From an uncultured Methylomirabilota bacterium (GTDB lineage Bacteria; Methylomirabilota; Methylomirabilia; Methylomirabilales; 2-02-FULL-66-22), in NCBI GenBank assembly GCA_963845565.1, contig CAWJSJ010000001.1, forward strand, positions 544,001-608,000: a DNA stretch of 64,000 nt. Reading direction: 5' to 3'. The position numbers and the translations under genes were made by a program. The stretch's first letter is position 1, and every line of letters begins with the position of its first letter. Of the stretch, positions 44,123-53,215 are shown piece after piece. The notes under the pieces were generated by a model. That model saw nothing but the letters and a program-made list of their open reading frames with translations, made no database searches and was not told the DNA's origin.

Positions 44123-45331
44123 ATGAGCGTTAACATGCTGAGACCGCTTGTGCTCGTCGGCCTGATTGCCGCCCTGGCGGGATGCGGGTTCCTGCCGCGC
44201 AACGCGGTCCCGCCCGAACTTTCGGCCCAGGCGGCGATCCCGCATATGCCCGAGGTTCGGGCTTGGGCGGGAACACCGAGCCCGGTCATGGAGCGCGATC
44301 TTGCGGCCTCCTTCGACCAGGAGTCCTCCGAGGAATTTCCGGAAGCGGCCGACGGCGTCGTAGCCTACGCGCATCTCGCGCTCTCCGGCGGCGGTCCGAA
44401 CGGCGCCTTTGGTGCGGGATTCCTCAACGGCTGGTCCGCCACCGGCAAACGACCGGTGTTCAAGATCGTCACCGGCGTCTCGACGGGCGCGCTGATGGCG
44501 CCGTTCGCCTTCGTCGGTCCGTCGTACGACGAGTCCCTGCGCCAGTTCTATACGACCACCGCGTCGCGCAACATCTTCCGGATGCTCTCGATCATTCCGC
44601 AGCTCCTCGCGGGAGAATCGCTCGCCGACTCGGGTCCGCTCGCGGCGCTGATCGAGAAGCACATGGACACAGCGCTGCTCGGGCAGGTCGCGGACGCGCA
44701 CCGCCGGGGCCGGCGCCTGTACGTTGGCACCGTGGACCTCGACGCGCAGCGTTTCGTCGTGTGGAACATGGGACTCATCGCGACGAGCGGGCGTCCGGAA
44801 GCGCTGGAGCTGTTCCGCAAGGTGATATTCGCATCTGCCTCGGTGCCGGTCGCGTTCCCGCCGGTCTTTTTCGACGTCGAGGTGGCGGGGCGCCTCTACG
44901 ACGAAATGCACGTCGACGGGGCCGTGGCGGCCCGCGTGTTCTACAACGGCGGCGTGTTTGACCCCTCGATCATCCGCAGCCGCGCGGGCCGCGGCACGGG
45001 GCGCGAACACATCTACGTGATCCACAATGGTCAGTTGCTGCCGGCTTCGAAGCCGGTCCCGCGATCGCTGCGCGGCATCGCGCTGCGAGTGCTCGCCTCC
45101 TCGGGGAAGGCGGGGATGATGGGCGACCTCGTTCGCATCTATGCGTTCACCCGCGAGGCGCAGGCGAGCTTTCAATGGGTCACGATCCCCGAGGCCGTCG
45201 ATATCGACGGGGACGAGGTGTTCGACCCGGTCATGATGACGCGGCTCTACGAGGTCGGGTACCGGACCGCGATCGCGGGCCCGGTGTGGACGACCCGTCC
45301 GCCGGGATTCCAGTTCGAGCCGGCGCGCTAG
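44123..45331 (+). CDS. Patatin-like phospholipase, lipoprotein
   Basis: LAGC lipobox, LSGGGPNGAFGAG, GVSTG, ASASVP and HVDGA. Confidence 0.92.
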   Translation: MSVNMLRPLVLVGLIAALAGCGFLPRNAVPPELSAQAAIPHMPEVRAWAGTPSPVMERDLAASFDQESSEEFPEAADGVVAYAHLALSGGGPNGAFGAGFLNGWSATGKRPVFKIVTGVSTGALMAPFAFVGPSYDESLRQFYTTTASRNIFRMLSIIPQLLAGESLADSGPLAALIEKHMDTALLGQVADAHRRGRRLYVGTVDLDAQRFVVWNMGLIATSGRPEALELFRKVIFASASVPVAFPPVFFDVEVAGRLYDEMHVDGAVAARVFYNGGVFDPSIIRSRAGRGTGREHIYVIHNGQLLPASKPVPRSLRGIALRVLASSGKAGMMGDLVRIYAFTREAQASFQWVTIPEAVDIDGDEVFDPVMMTRLYEVGYRTAIAGPVWTTRPPGFQFEPAR

Positions 45332-45373
45332 CCCGCATTATTCGCGAACACAGCTCGCGAACAATGCGGGCTT
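45330..45373. repeat. Family 3 palindrome
   Basis: AGCCCGCATTATTCGCGA..TCGCGAACAATGCGGGCT, starting at the patatin stop codon. Confidence 0.8.
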
Positions 45374-45447
45374 AACTGGGTGTCCATTTGGCTCACGGCG
45401 GATCCGCGCTGGGTATAGCGGGGCGCCTCGGAAAGGAGAGCCTGTCG

Positions 45448-46782
45448 ATGGGTTCGAAATGGACAGCGGGGCGTGCTGCGAGGGGCACGGGCACCCCTGC
45501 GCACGGTCGATCTCAACGGCCCGCGTGCCTCCTACCCACGCTCCTTTTCCTCGGGCTCCTCGCCGGTTGCGATTCGGCCGAGGTCGCCCGGCCCATGATG
45601 CCGGCGCCGATCATCATGAAGGACGCGCGGCTCGACTTCACGCGCCGCGTCGCGCCGGAAGACCGCCAGACCAATACCGTGCGGGTCCTCTATGCGACTC
45701 CTCGCGTCCCAGCCCCGGCGGGGGCGCCGGAGCGGTACCTGGCGCGCGCCGACTCCGCGGTGCGCCTGGGCGTGGCCCACGTGGAGCTGGGCGAACCGGG
45801 CTGGTCCTTCGCCGACCTCGTCGAATCGGACCGCACCAGCACGCTCGACACCCCGCGTCCTGCCCGCGTCGCGGCGATCGACACGTTCGGCGAACTGGGG
45901 GGCGCAGGCGAGCAGGCCTTCATCGACGCCGTCGACCGCCAGGTCCGGCGCTCACCCACCGGCGAGGCGGTGATCTACGTGCCGGGGTACCGCGTCACCT
46001 TCAACCAGGTGATGACGCTCATGGGCGCCTGGGCGCACTACCTCGGGCGCTCCTCGGCCGTGGTCGCCTTCAGCTGGCCCACCGGGACGCAGTGGTGGAA
46101 CTATCTGATCGACTGTCCGCGCGCCCGCGCCCACATCCCCGACATCGCGCGGCTGATCGCCTTGGTCGCCGAGCGCAGCCAGGCCAAGCGCCTGAACCTG
46201 CTCGGCTTCAGCTGCGGCTCGCCCCTGCTGGCCGAGGCGCTGGTGCAGCTCCGTGCGCGCCATCCCGGGGAGGACCACGCGGCGCTGCAGCGGCGCTATC
46301 GGATCGCCAACGCCATCTTCGTGGCCGCCGACATCGACCTCACGACCTTCACCCGGGCGCAATTGCCGGCCCTCTACGACCTCGCCCGGCGCACCGAGGT
46401 CTACGTGTCGGAGGACGACGTCGCGCTCAAGGTCTCGGGCTGGCTGGCCCGGGCCTCGCGGCTCGGGCGCCCGCGTCTGGACGAGCTCACGCGCGACGAC
46501 CTGGAGACCCTCGCGAGCAACACACGCCTGGTGGGTATCGACGTGGCCGGCGTGTATGGCGCCCACGAGCTGACGGGCATCCGCGGCCACGGGTACTGGA
46601 TCGCCAATCCGCGGGTCTCCACCGATGTCCTGCTGTCCATGATCTACCCCTTCGATCCCGCCTGGCGCGGGCTGAGTCACTCGCCGGGTGTGGGCATGTG
46701 GACCTTCCCGGACGACTATCCCCAGCGCGTCGGCGCCGCGGTGTACGGGGCCGCACCCGCGCTGCGGCGCGAGGGGCGCTGA
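45448..46782 (+). CDS. Alpha/beta hydrolase (DUF900-like), probable lipoprotein
   Basis: VLYATPR, IYVPGY, FSWP, nucleophile-like GFSCG, AADID and HGYW. Confidence 0.8.
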   Translation: MGSKWTAGRAARGTGTPAHGRSQRPACLLPTLLFLGLLAGCDSAEVARPMMPAPIIMKDARLDFTRRVAPEDRQTNTVRVLYATPRVPAPAGAPERYLARADSAVRLGVAHVELGEPGWSFADLVESDRTSTLDTPRPARVAAIDTFGELGGAGEQAFIDAVDRQVRRSPTGEAVIYVPGYRVTFNQVMTLMGAWAHYLGRSSAVVAFSWPTGTQWWNYLIDCPRARAHIPDIARLIALVAERSQAKRLNLLGFSCGSPLLAEALVQLRARHPGEDHAALQRRYRIANAIFVAADIDLTTFTRAQLPALYDLARRTEVYVSEDDVALKVSGWLARASRLGRPRLDELTRDDLETLASNTRLVGIDVAGVYGAHELTGIRGHGYWIANPRVSTDVLLSMIYPFDPAWRGLSHSPGVGMWTFPDDYPQRVGAAVYGAAPALRREGR

Positions 46783-46800
46783 GGCCGCGATGGTACCGGG

Positions 46801-47182
46801 CGGCCGGCCCCTATGACGGCGCGCGCCCCTTCCTGTGCGCCGTGACGGCGATCCTGGAATGCGGCGCCGCCGGCGAGTGCGAGCGCCACCTCGCCGACGA
46901 CGAGACCGCCCCCGCCATCCTCAAGGTCGACGTGGCCGGCCAGACGGTCACCACCGGGACCGCCCGGAAGAGCGCGATCAAGAGCGTCACGCGCCTGGAC
47001 GGCCAGTTGATCCTGCAGGGAGGCGAGAACGGGCGGGGCTGGAGCGCGACGGTCGACGAGGACACCGGACGCATGGCCGTCGCCATCGTCGACCACGACT
47101 ACACCTTCTCGCTCTTCGGCGCCTGCACCCTCCCGTAACCGCCGGCGGGGCCATCGGGCGGCCAGGGTACCGGTGTGCGACC
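46801..47182 (+). repeat. 382-bp direct repeat, copy 2 (5'-truncated duplicate of the 43547 gene, no signal peptide)
   Basis: Same coding tail AGPYDG..FGACTLP* plus 44 bp downstream. Confidence 0.95.
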
Positions 47183-47841
47183 TAATGTTGCAGGCGCTCA
47201 AGAGCCGCGACCACCATTTGAGTGCCTCCGCTGGCCAGGAGGGACACGGCGATCGCCGTGAGCAAGATGCCAGAGATGCGTTCGAGGAGCATTTGCACCC
47301 TCGGGGACGTGCGGCGCTCGACCTGACCGGATAGATACAGTGTGATGCCGGTAACAGCAGCATAGGCGATTCCGGCGATCGACAGCGCGACCACCTCCGA
47401 CACGTTCTCAGCCCGAGAGCGGAACCCGACGAGGATCGCAAAGGTGGTGCCGCCCACGGTCATCGGGAATGTGACGGGCATGAACAACACCGATCGCCAC
47501 GACGCGGCCTGTGCTCCTGGGTCAGCCCCGTCCAGGGATTCCTGTGGCGTCGGCTCGTGAGTGCCCCGCATCAAGGGAACCCCAACGTAGATGAGCGCGA
47601 TACCGCCCGTGAAGGCCAGCGCGGCGGTGCTAATACCCAGCAGTTCGAGGAGCGGTTCCCCGATCCAGAGGGCGGTCATCGCAAAGATAACCACGTACGC
47701 GAACAACCCGAAGGCGAGACGGCGCTGGTCTGCCGGCCCGAGCCGCCTGACGATCGAGAAGTAGGACGACAGCGCCGCGACTGGGCTGTACAGGGCGAGC
47801 AGGGCCATGAACATCATCAGCGGATTCTCGAGCAACGGCAT
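47182..47841 (-). CDS. MarC family membrane protein
   Basis: LYSPVAALSSY..GEPLLELLGIS..FTGGIAL..MPVTFPMTVGG..ERISGILL. Confidence 0.9.
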   Translation of the reverse strand: MPLLENPLMMFMALLALYSPVAALSSYFSIVRRLGPADQRRLAFGLFAYVVIFAMTALWIGEPLLELLGISTAALAFTGGIALIYVGVPLMRGTHEPTPQESLDGADPGAQAASWRSVLFMPVTFPMTVGGTTFAILVGFRSRAENVSEVVALSIAGIAYAAVTGITLYLSGQVERRTSPRVQMLLERISGILLTAIAVSLLASGGTQMVVAALERLQH

Positions 47842-48168
47842 CGCGCATCCTCCTTCAGTTAGCGAACGACCGGCTGGGGCTCGATGGGATGAAGCGGCGG
47901 ACCCCCACCTCGACCCGTCGTCCAAGAACCGCCACTGCGACGCAACACCGTAGCACATATCACCGCCGTCGCGAGAGAGAAATAACCGCTCCGGTCGGAG
48001 ATCGACGGACCTCCGGAAGAAGGAATACCGGACAGCAACGCTGCGGCCGCATCCTCCGATCGAGACGTTTCTCACCCACCGGGGTTCTGGGTGGTCGCCG
48101 CGCATTACCCGCCCGTGGCGGGGTAGCCGTCACCCCATGGCCAGGTTCCGGAATCTCAGGGAGCGCTG

Positions 48169-49384
48169 ATGTCACTCCATCTGTCCGCTTTGCCGCGAAA
48201 CCTGCGAGGCTTGCTTCTCGCGCTTCTCGGTGGTCCTTCCGGACGCAACGGCTTCGGCCGAGGCCCTCTACCCCGAAACCGCCTCCCTGGTGGAGAGGGC
48301 CTTCCAGGGTCTCGGGACAGCCCCCATCGTGGACTTCCACGTGCACCTCGTGGCCCTGGAAGCCGAGGGTGCCTATGTGAATCCGAAGAAATTGAGCCCC
48401 TCGAGACCGTTGGAGTGGGTCAAGACGCGCCTCTACCTCCGCGCGAGCGGTGTGGGGGATCTCGCCCGTTTCGACGAGGCCTATGTTGAACGCCTGCTCG
48501 AACGCGCCAGCGCCTTCCCGCACCCCTTCCAGTTCTATCTTCTGGCCATGGACTACCACTATGGGAAGGACGGGCAGCGCGATCTCGCCCACACGGAATT
48601 CTTCGTTGCCAATGAGCTGGTGGTGTCCCTGGCCGAACGTCACCCCGAGCGGATCGTCCCGGTGGTCTCGGTGCACCCCTACCGAAAAGACGCCCTGGAG
48701 GAACTGGACCGCTGGGCGGCACGGGGCGTCCGTTTCGTGAAGTGGCTTCCCAACGCCCAGGGGATGGATCCTTCGGATCCCCTCTGCGATCCCTTCTATG
48801 CCCGCATGAAGCGGCATGGAATGACCCTGTTGAGCCATGCCGGAGAAGAGAAGGCGGTGCATGCCAAGTCGGCCCAGGCTTTGGGGAATCCGCTGAAGCT
48901 GCGCCGTGCCCTCGACGCGGGAGTCAGGGTGGTCATCGCCCACTGCGGAAGCCTCGGCCGCAACGAGGACCTGGATCGCCCCGGTCGGCTGGCCTCAAAC
49001 TTCGACCTCTTCCTTCGCCTGATGTCTGAGGAACGCTATCGCGGCCTCCTTTTCGGCGACATCTCCGCGATGACCCAGGTCAACCGGATGCCGGGCCCGC
49101 TTCGGACGATTCTGGAGCGCCCGGACCTTCAAGAGCGCCTGGTCAACGGCAGTGACTATCCGCTGCCCGGCATTCCGCTGCTGACTTTCATCCGTCAGTT
49201 TGCGTACCTCGGCTTTGTGACCGAGGTTGAGGCGCGAGCGTTGGCGAAAGTGTTCAAGTCCAACCCCTTGCTCGGGGACTTCGTCCTCAAGCGAACGATC
49301 CGGGATCCGGCGAGCGGCAGGGGCTTGGATCCGAGGATCTTCACAGGCCACGCACTTCGCAGTGCTCCTCCGGCGTCTCGGTGA
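48169..49384 (+). CDS. Amidohydrolase family (amidohydrolase_2-like); likely frameshift near 48230
   Basis: DFHVH, SVHPY, KWLP, SHAGEE, IAHCG and NGSDYP. Confidence 0.85.
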
Positions 49385-49553
49385 GATGCGGCCGGACCGG
49401 CCCGCCGTCCGCGAATCAGCCGACGACCTCGAGATCCAGGAGATCCTGAGGGAGCTGGACGAAGGGTGGGAAGCCTGGGGCGAGATGATGGGCGACGCGA
49501 TGTTCGCGGCGAAAACTGATGCTGGGGCCGGTGGACCTGATGATACCCTCCTA

Positions 49554-50051
49554 TCAACTCATCTCGCCGGACGAGGGGCCGGATAGCCAGGCGTGTACGA
49601 TTCCCTCGGCGCGCTCAATGACGGCTGGCAGGGAAGCCTCGACAGGTTTACTCAGGCCCTCTAGAACTTCATACGGATTCTCGACTTCTACCGCAACTAT
49701 TTGAAATATTGTAGGAAAACATATACCGAGGCTCTCGGCGAGTTGGATAACTGTGGGCAGGCCGGCGTAGTGGGGGGAGGGGGCGTCGTCCTTCTTGAAG
49801 TCTTCGGCAGAGAACTCTAGGATGGTTCCGGGCGGGTGCGTGCCGGTCAGAATGGCGTCGAGAAGGAGGGCTCGTTCGTAGCCTTCCAGCGCATCCAGGA
49901 GATCCAGCCCGCCGCCGCCGGACTCGACGACGTCCACGGTCTCGGGCAATAAAGCACGAAGCCGTCGGGCCGCTAGTAGCCCGACGGCGTCGTCTCCAAG
50001 GATGTCGTTGCCGAGGCCCAGCACCAAAATGCGCGGGGGCGCGTCGCTCAC
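49554..50051 (-). CDS. Hydrogenase maturation protease
   Basis: ILVLGLGNDILGDDAVG, LLLDAI and SPH. Confidence 0.93.
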   Translation of the reverse strand: MSDAPPRILVLGLGNDILGDDAVGLLAARRLRALLPETVDVVESGGGGLDLLDALEGYERALLLDAILTGTHPPGTILEFSAEDFKKDDAPSPHYAGLPTVIQLAESLGICFPTIFQIVAVEVENPYEVLEGLSKPVEASLPAVIERAEGIVHAWLSGPSSGEMS

Positions 50052-51512
50052 CGCCGAAGTTCCTGCACGATCTGACCGGAGGCGTCCCGGATCGAGACGA
50101 TCAGCGGCATCTCGCCGGGGAGCGAGTGGGTCGCGCAGCCGTGGCAGGGGTCGTAGGCCCGAAACGCCATCTCGATCATGTTGAGGATACCGTCATCCGC
50201 CTTCCCCTGGTGGATGAGGCCCTTGGCGCTCTTTTCCACCCCCATCGCCATCCGGGCGGAGTTGCCCTGCGTCGCCACGATCAGATTGGCCTTCCGGATC
50301 AATCCGTTCTCGTCGGTCTCGTAGTGATGGAAGAGGGTGCCGCGCGGGGCTTCGACCACGCCGATGCCCACCGACGGCGTGGCGGTCGGGATCGTCCGGA
50401 TGTTCTTGCCGGTGATCTCGGGGTCGTTGACGAGCTCCCGGATCCGCTCGGCGGCCTGCAGCATCTCGATGACCCGTGCCCAGTGATTGGCGAGGGTGAA
50501 GTGGACGGGCTTCCCGCCCAGTGTGGAGAAGTATTCCTCGCACGCCTTCTGCGCCTCGGGCGTGGCCATCCCGTCTGCCGCATTCAGCCGGGCGAGCGGC
50601 GCCACGGAGTAGATGCTGCTCTCGGGGCCGTCGATGAACCCCTTCCAGCCCAGCGGCTTCAGGTAGCAGAACTTCACATAGCTCCACGGCTCCACGTGTT
50701 CGCCGACGTAGTCCAGATACTTCTGGACCGGGAACTTGGCGTACTCTTTCCCGCTCGGGTCCACGACGCGGATCTTCCCGTCGTAGAAGTTCACCCGGTT
50801 GTTCTCGTCCACCAACCCCATGTAGTAGGTCTTGTGGGTATAGGTGTCCGAGGTGATCAGCTTGACGTACTCGGGGTTCTTGAGGACGATGTCCTTGAAC
50901 ACCTGCAAGGTGAACTGCGCGAACTCCACGCCGTCCTCGGCGAGTTGCTTGAAGCCCGACAGGTCGTCCGGATTGAGGCCCTTCGACACACCGCCGGGCA
51001 GCCCCAGGACGGGATGGATGACCTTGCCGCCGAAGTACGAGATCAGGTCGCGGAGCCGTCGACGCATGGAGATGACCTTCTTGCCCGACGTCCACGCCGA
51101 CCTTCTGGATCACGCCCACGACGTTCCGCAGGGCCTTGGGAGCGTCCGGCCCCACGATGAAATCCGGTCCCCCGAGGATATAGACGTGCAGTGCGTGATC
51201 CTCCAGCATGAAGGTGTTGTAGACCAACTCGCGGATCTTCCTGCCGGTCGGCGGCGCCTCGATCTTGTAGAGGTCGTCCAGCGCCTTGGTCCCCGCCATG
51301 TGGTGGGCGGTGGGGCAGACGCCGCAGATCCGGCTGGTGATCTGGGGCATGTCCTCGGCCGGTCGGCCGATACTGAAGGTCTCGAAGCCCCGCAGTTCGG
51401 GGACCTGGAAGTACGCGCGTTCCACCTCGCCCCTGGCGTCCAGGAAGATGTCGATCTTGCCGTGGCCTTCCAGGCGGGTGATCGGATCGATGGTGATCGT
51501 TCGTGTTTGCAT
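50048..51512 (-). CDS. mvhA: [NiFe] hydrogenase large subunit, group 3c (MvhA-like); frameshift near 51085
   Basis: IDPITRLEGHG, L1 RICGVCPTAH, EAPRGTL, L2 RAYDPCHGCATH plus a cleavable C-terminal extension. Confidence 0.9.
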
Positions 51513-51527
51513 CGGTCGGTCGCCTCC

Positions 51528-51706
51528 TAACAGGCCGCTGAAAAAGGCCCATCTGCGGCGACCATCCTGCGGATGGGTACCCCGCGCGCTCGCGCGGCGC
51601 TGCGACGTACGTGCTAAGTACGTCTCGCGCCACGCATCGCGCGCTGCCTTGCATCTGGGCCTTTTTGAGCAGCCTGAGCAAAAACGAGTGTTTCACTATT
51701 CTGCTA
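51528..51706 (+). mobile_element. Miniature palindromic element, family 1, copy c, between mvhG and mvhA
   Basis: CAGGCCGCTGAAAAAGGCCCATCTGC...GGGCCTTTTTGAGCAGCCTG; extra inner hairpin CCATCC/GGATGG; outer end overlaps the mvhG TAG. Confidence 0.85.
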
Positions 51707-52684
51707 TACCTCAGCCTGCCGGCCCATGCGGGCGCGGAGCAGGGAAGCGGCAAGCCCATAGCGATAGAACGTCCCCACCGGGTCGGGGATGGTGGCGAGG
51801 GTCGCGTCAATCTCCTTCTCATCCGTGGCGACAACGTTGGAGCAGATCGAGGAGAGAAACTTCGCCCCTTGATCTTTGACCCGTGAGGTGGGTCCGAAGC
51901 AGCCGGAACAGGGCATGTTCCCCTGCACACAGAGCGCCTCGCAGCCGCCGCGGGTCGCCGGGCCCATGCACAGGAACCCTTGGGTCAAGAGGCACTTCTC
52001 CGGATCCAGCTCCGACGTGTGTGGGCGCTTGAACGCCGTGAACGAAAGGTCAGGCGGCTTGGTCTCCTTGCGCGGACACTCCTCGCAGAGGGCAATATCG
52101 GGGGAGAGGACGCTGCCCTTGGGCGGCGCGGCGCCGGAAAGCAGCGCAGTCAGGGCCTGTTGGAGGAGTTTCGGTGTCGGGGGACAGCCGGGAAGGTAGT
52201 AGTCCACCGGGATCACCTGGTCGAGTGTCCGCACCAGCCGATGCATCTCCGGCAGCGTGACAGTCCGGCCGTCCTCCTGGAACTTCAGGGTAGGGTAGGT
52301 CCTCTCGGTATTCTGGGTCGAGGGCGACTCTTCGTACACGAACTTCAGGATCTGCTCCCGGTCGAACTGGTTGGCCAGGCCCGGGATCCCGCCGAGATGC
52401 GCGCACGCCCCGTAGGCAATGACCAACTGGCTCTTCCGGCGGAGCATGCGCACCATCTCTTCCTGTTCCGTGCTCCGGACGGCACCGTTGATCATACTGA
52501 CGAGGATAGAGCCGTCGGCCATCGCCTCGACGTCGCTCCGCTTGAAGTCCATGGCCACCGGCCAGAAGATGATGTCCACGGCGTCCACGACGCCGAGGAT
52601 GCCCTCCGCAAGGTCCACGACCGATTCCTCGCAGCCCCCGCAGGAGGCGCACCAGTAGAAGGCGACCTTGGGTTTATCCGGCAT
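51704..52684 (-). CDS. mvhG: [NiFe] hydrogenase small subunit (MvhG-like)
   Basis: WCASCGGCE, GACAHLGG, LPGCPP, LCEEC and CMGPATRGGC..PCSGC. Confidence 0.9.
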   Translation of the reverse strand: MPDKPKVAFYWCASCGGCEESVVDLAEGILGVVDAVDIIFWPVAMDFKRSDVEAMADGSILVSMINGAVRSTEQEEMVRMLRRKSQLVIAYGACAHLGGIPGLANQFDREQILKFVYEESPSTQNTERTYPTLKFQEDGRTVTLPEMHRLVRTLDQVIPVDYYLPGCPPTPKLLQQALTALLSGAAPPKGSVLSPDIALCEECPRKETKPPDLSFTAFKRPHTSELDPEKCLLTQGFLCMGPATRGGCEALCVQGNMPCSGCFGPTSRVKDQGAKFLSSICSNVVATDEKEIDATLATIPDPVGTFYRYGLAASLLRARMGRQAEV

Positions 52685-53198
52685 GGGCGACCTCCTTCAC
52701 TCCGGCCTCGGCTTCGAGGTGTTCCATCTCTCGATCGAAATCCTTGAACTGGCCCGGCATACCAAGCGGGCCGAGGGCCTTGACCTTCTCCGCCATGTCG
52801 TTGATCACGAGCTTGACCTTCTCGCCCTCGGAGGCGGAAATCCACTCCAGCCGGAATCGGTCGGCCTCGATCCCCATGTCCGCGAGGACCCGCCGGAGCA
52901 TCCGGATGCGCCGGGCCGCCTTATAATTCCCTTCGGAGTAGTGGCAATCGCCGAAGTGGCATCCGCCGATCAAGACGCCGTCGGCGCCCTTGGCGAACGC
53001 TTCCAGGACGAACTGGGGATCGACCCGGCCCGAGCACATGACCCGGATGATTCGAACGTTGGAGGCGTGCTTCATGCGCGAGACACCCGCCAAGTCGGCC
53101 GCGGTGTACGTACACCAGTTACAGAAGAACGCCACGATCCGCGGCTCCCACTTGGCGGGAGGATTCCCGTTCGATGGTTTGTCAGTCGGCTGCGACAC
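52674..53198 (-). CDS. mvhD: Hydrogenase/Hdr [2Fe-2S] subunit MvhD
   Basis: FFCNWCTYTAAD, RVMCSGRVDP, GGCHFGDCHY and WISASEG. Confidence 0.95.
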   Translation of the reverse strand: MSQPTDKPSNGNPPAKWEPRIVAFFCNWCTYTAADLAGVSRMKHASNVRIIRVMCSGRVDPQFVLEAFAKGADGVLIGGCHFGDCHYSEGNYKAARRIRMLRRVLADMGIEADRFRLEWISASEGEKVKLVINDMAEKVKALGPLGMPGQFKDFDREMEHLEAEAGVKEVAHAG

Positions 53199-53215
53199 GA
53201 TTGGCCTCCCTCACG

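Noticed and set aside
49386..49586. Small acidic ORF after the amidohydrolase
   Set aside because: No recognisable family and it overlaps the convergent protease gene; cannot be supported, though not excluded.
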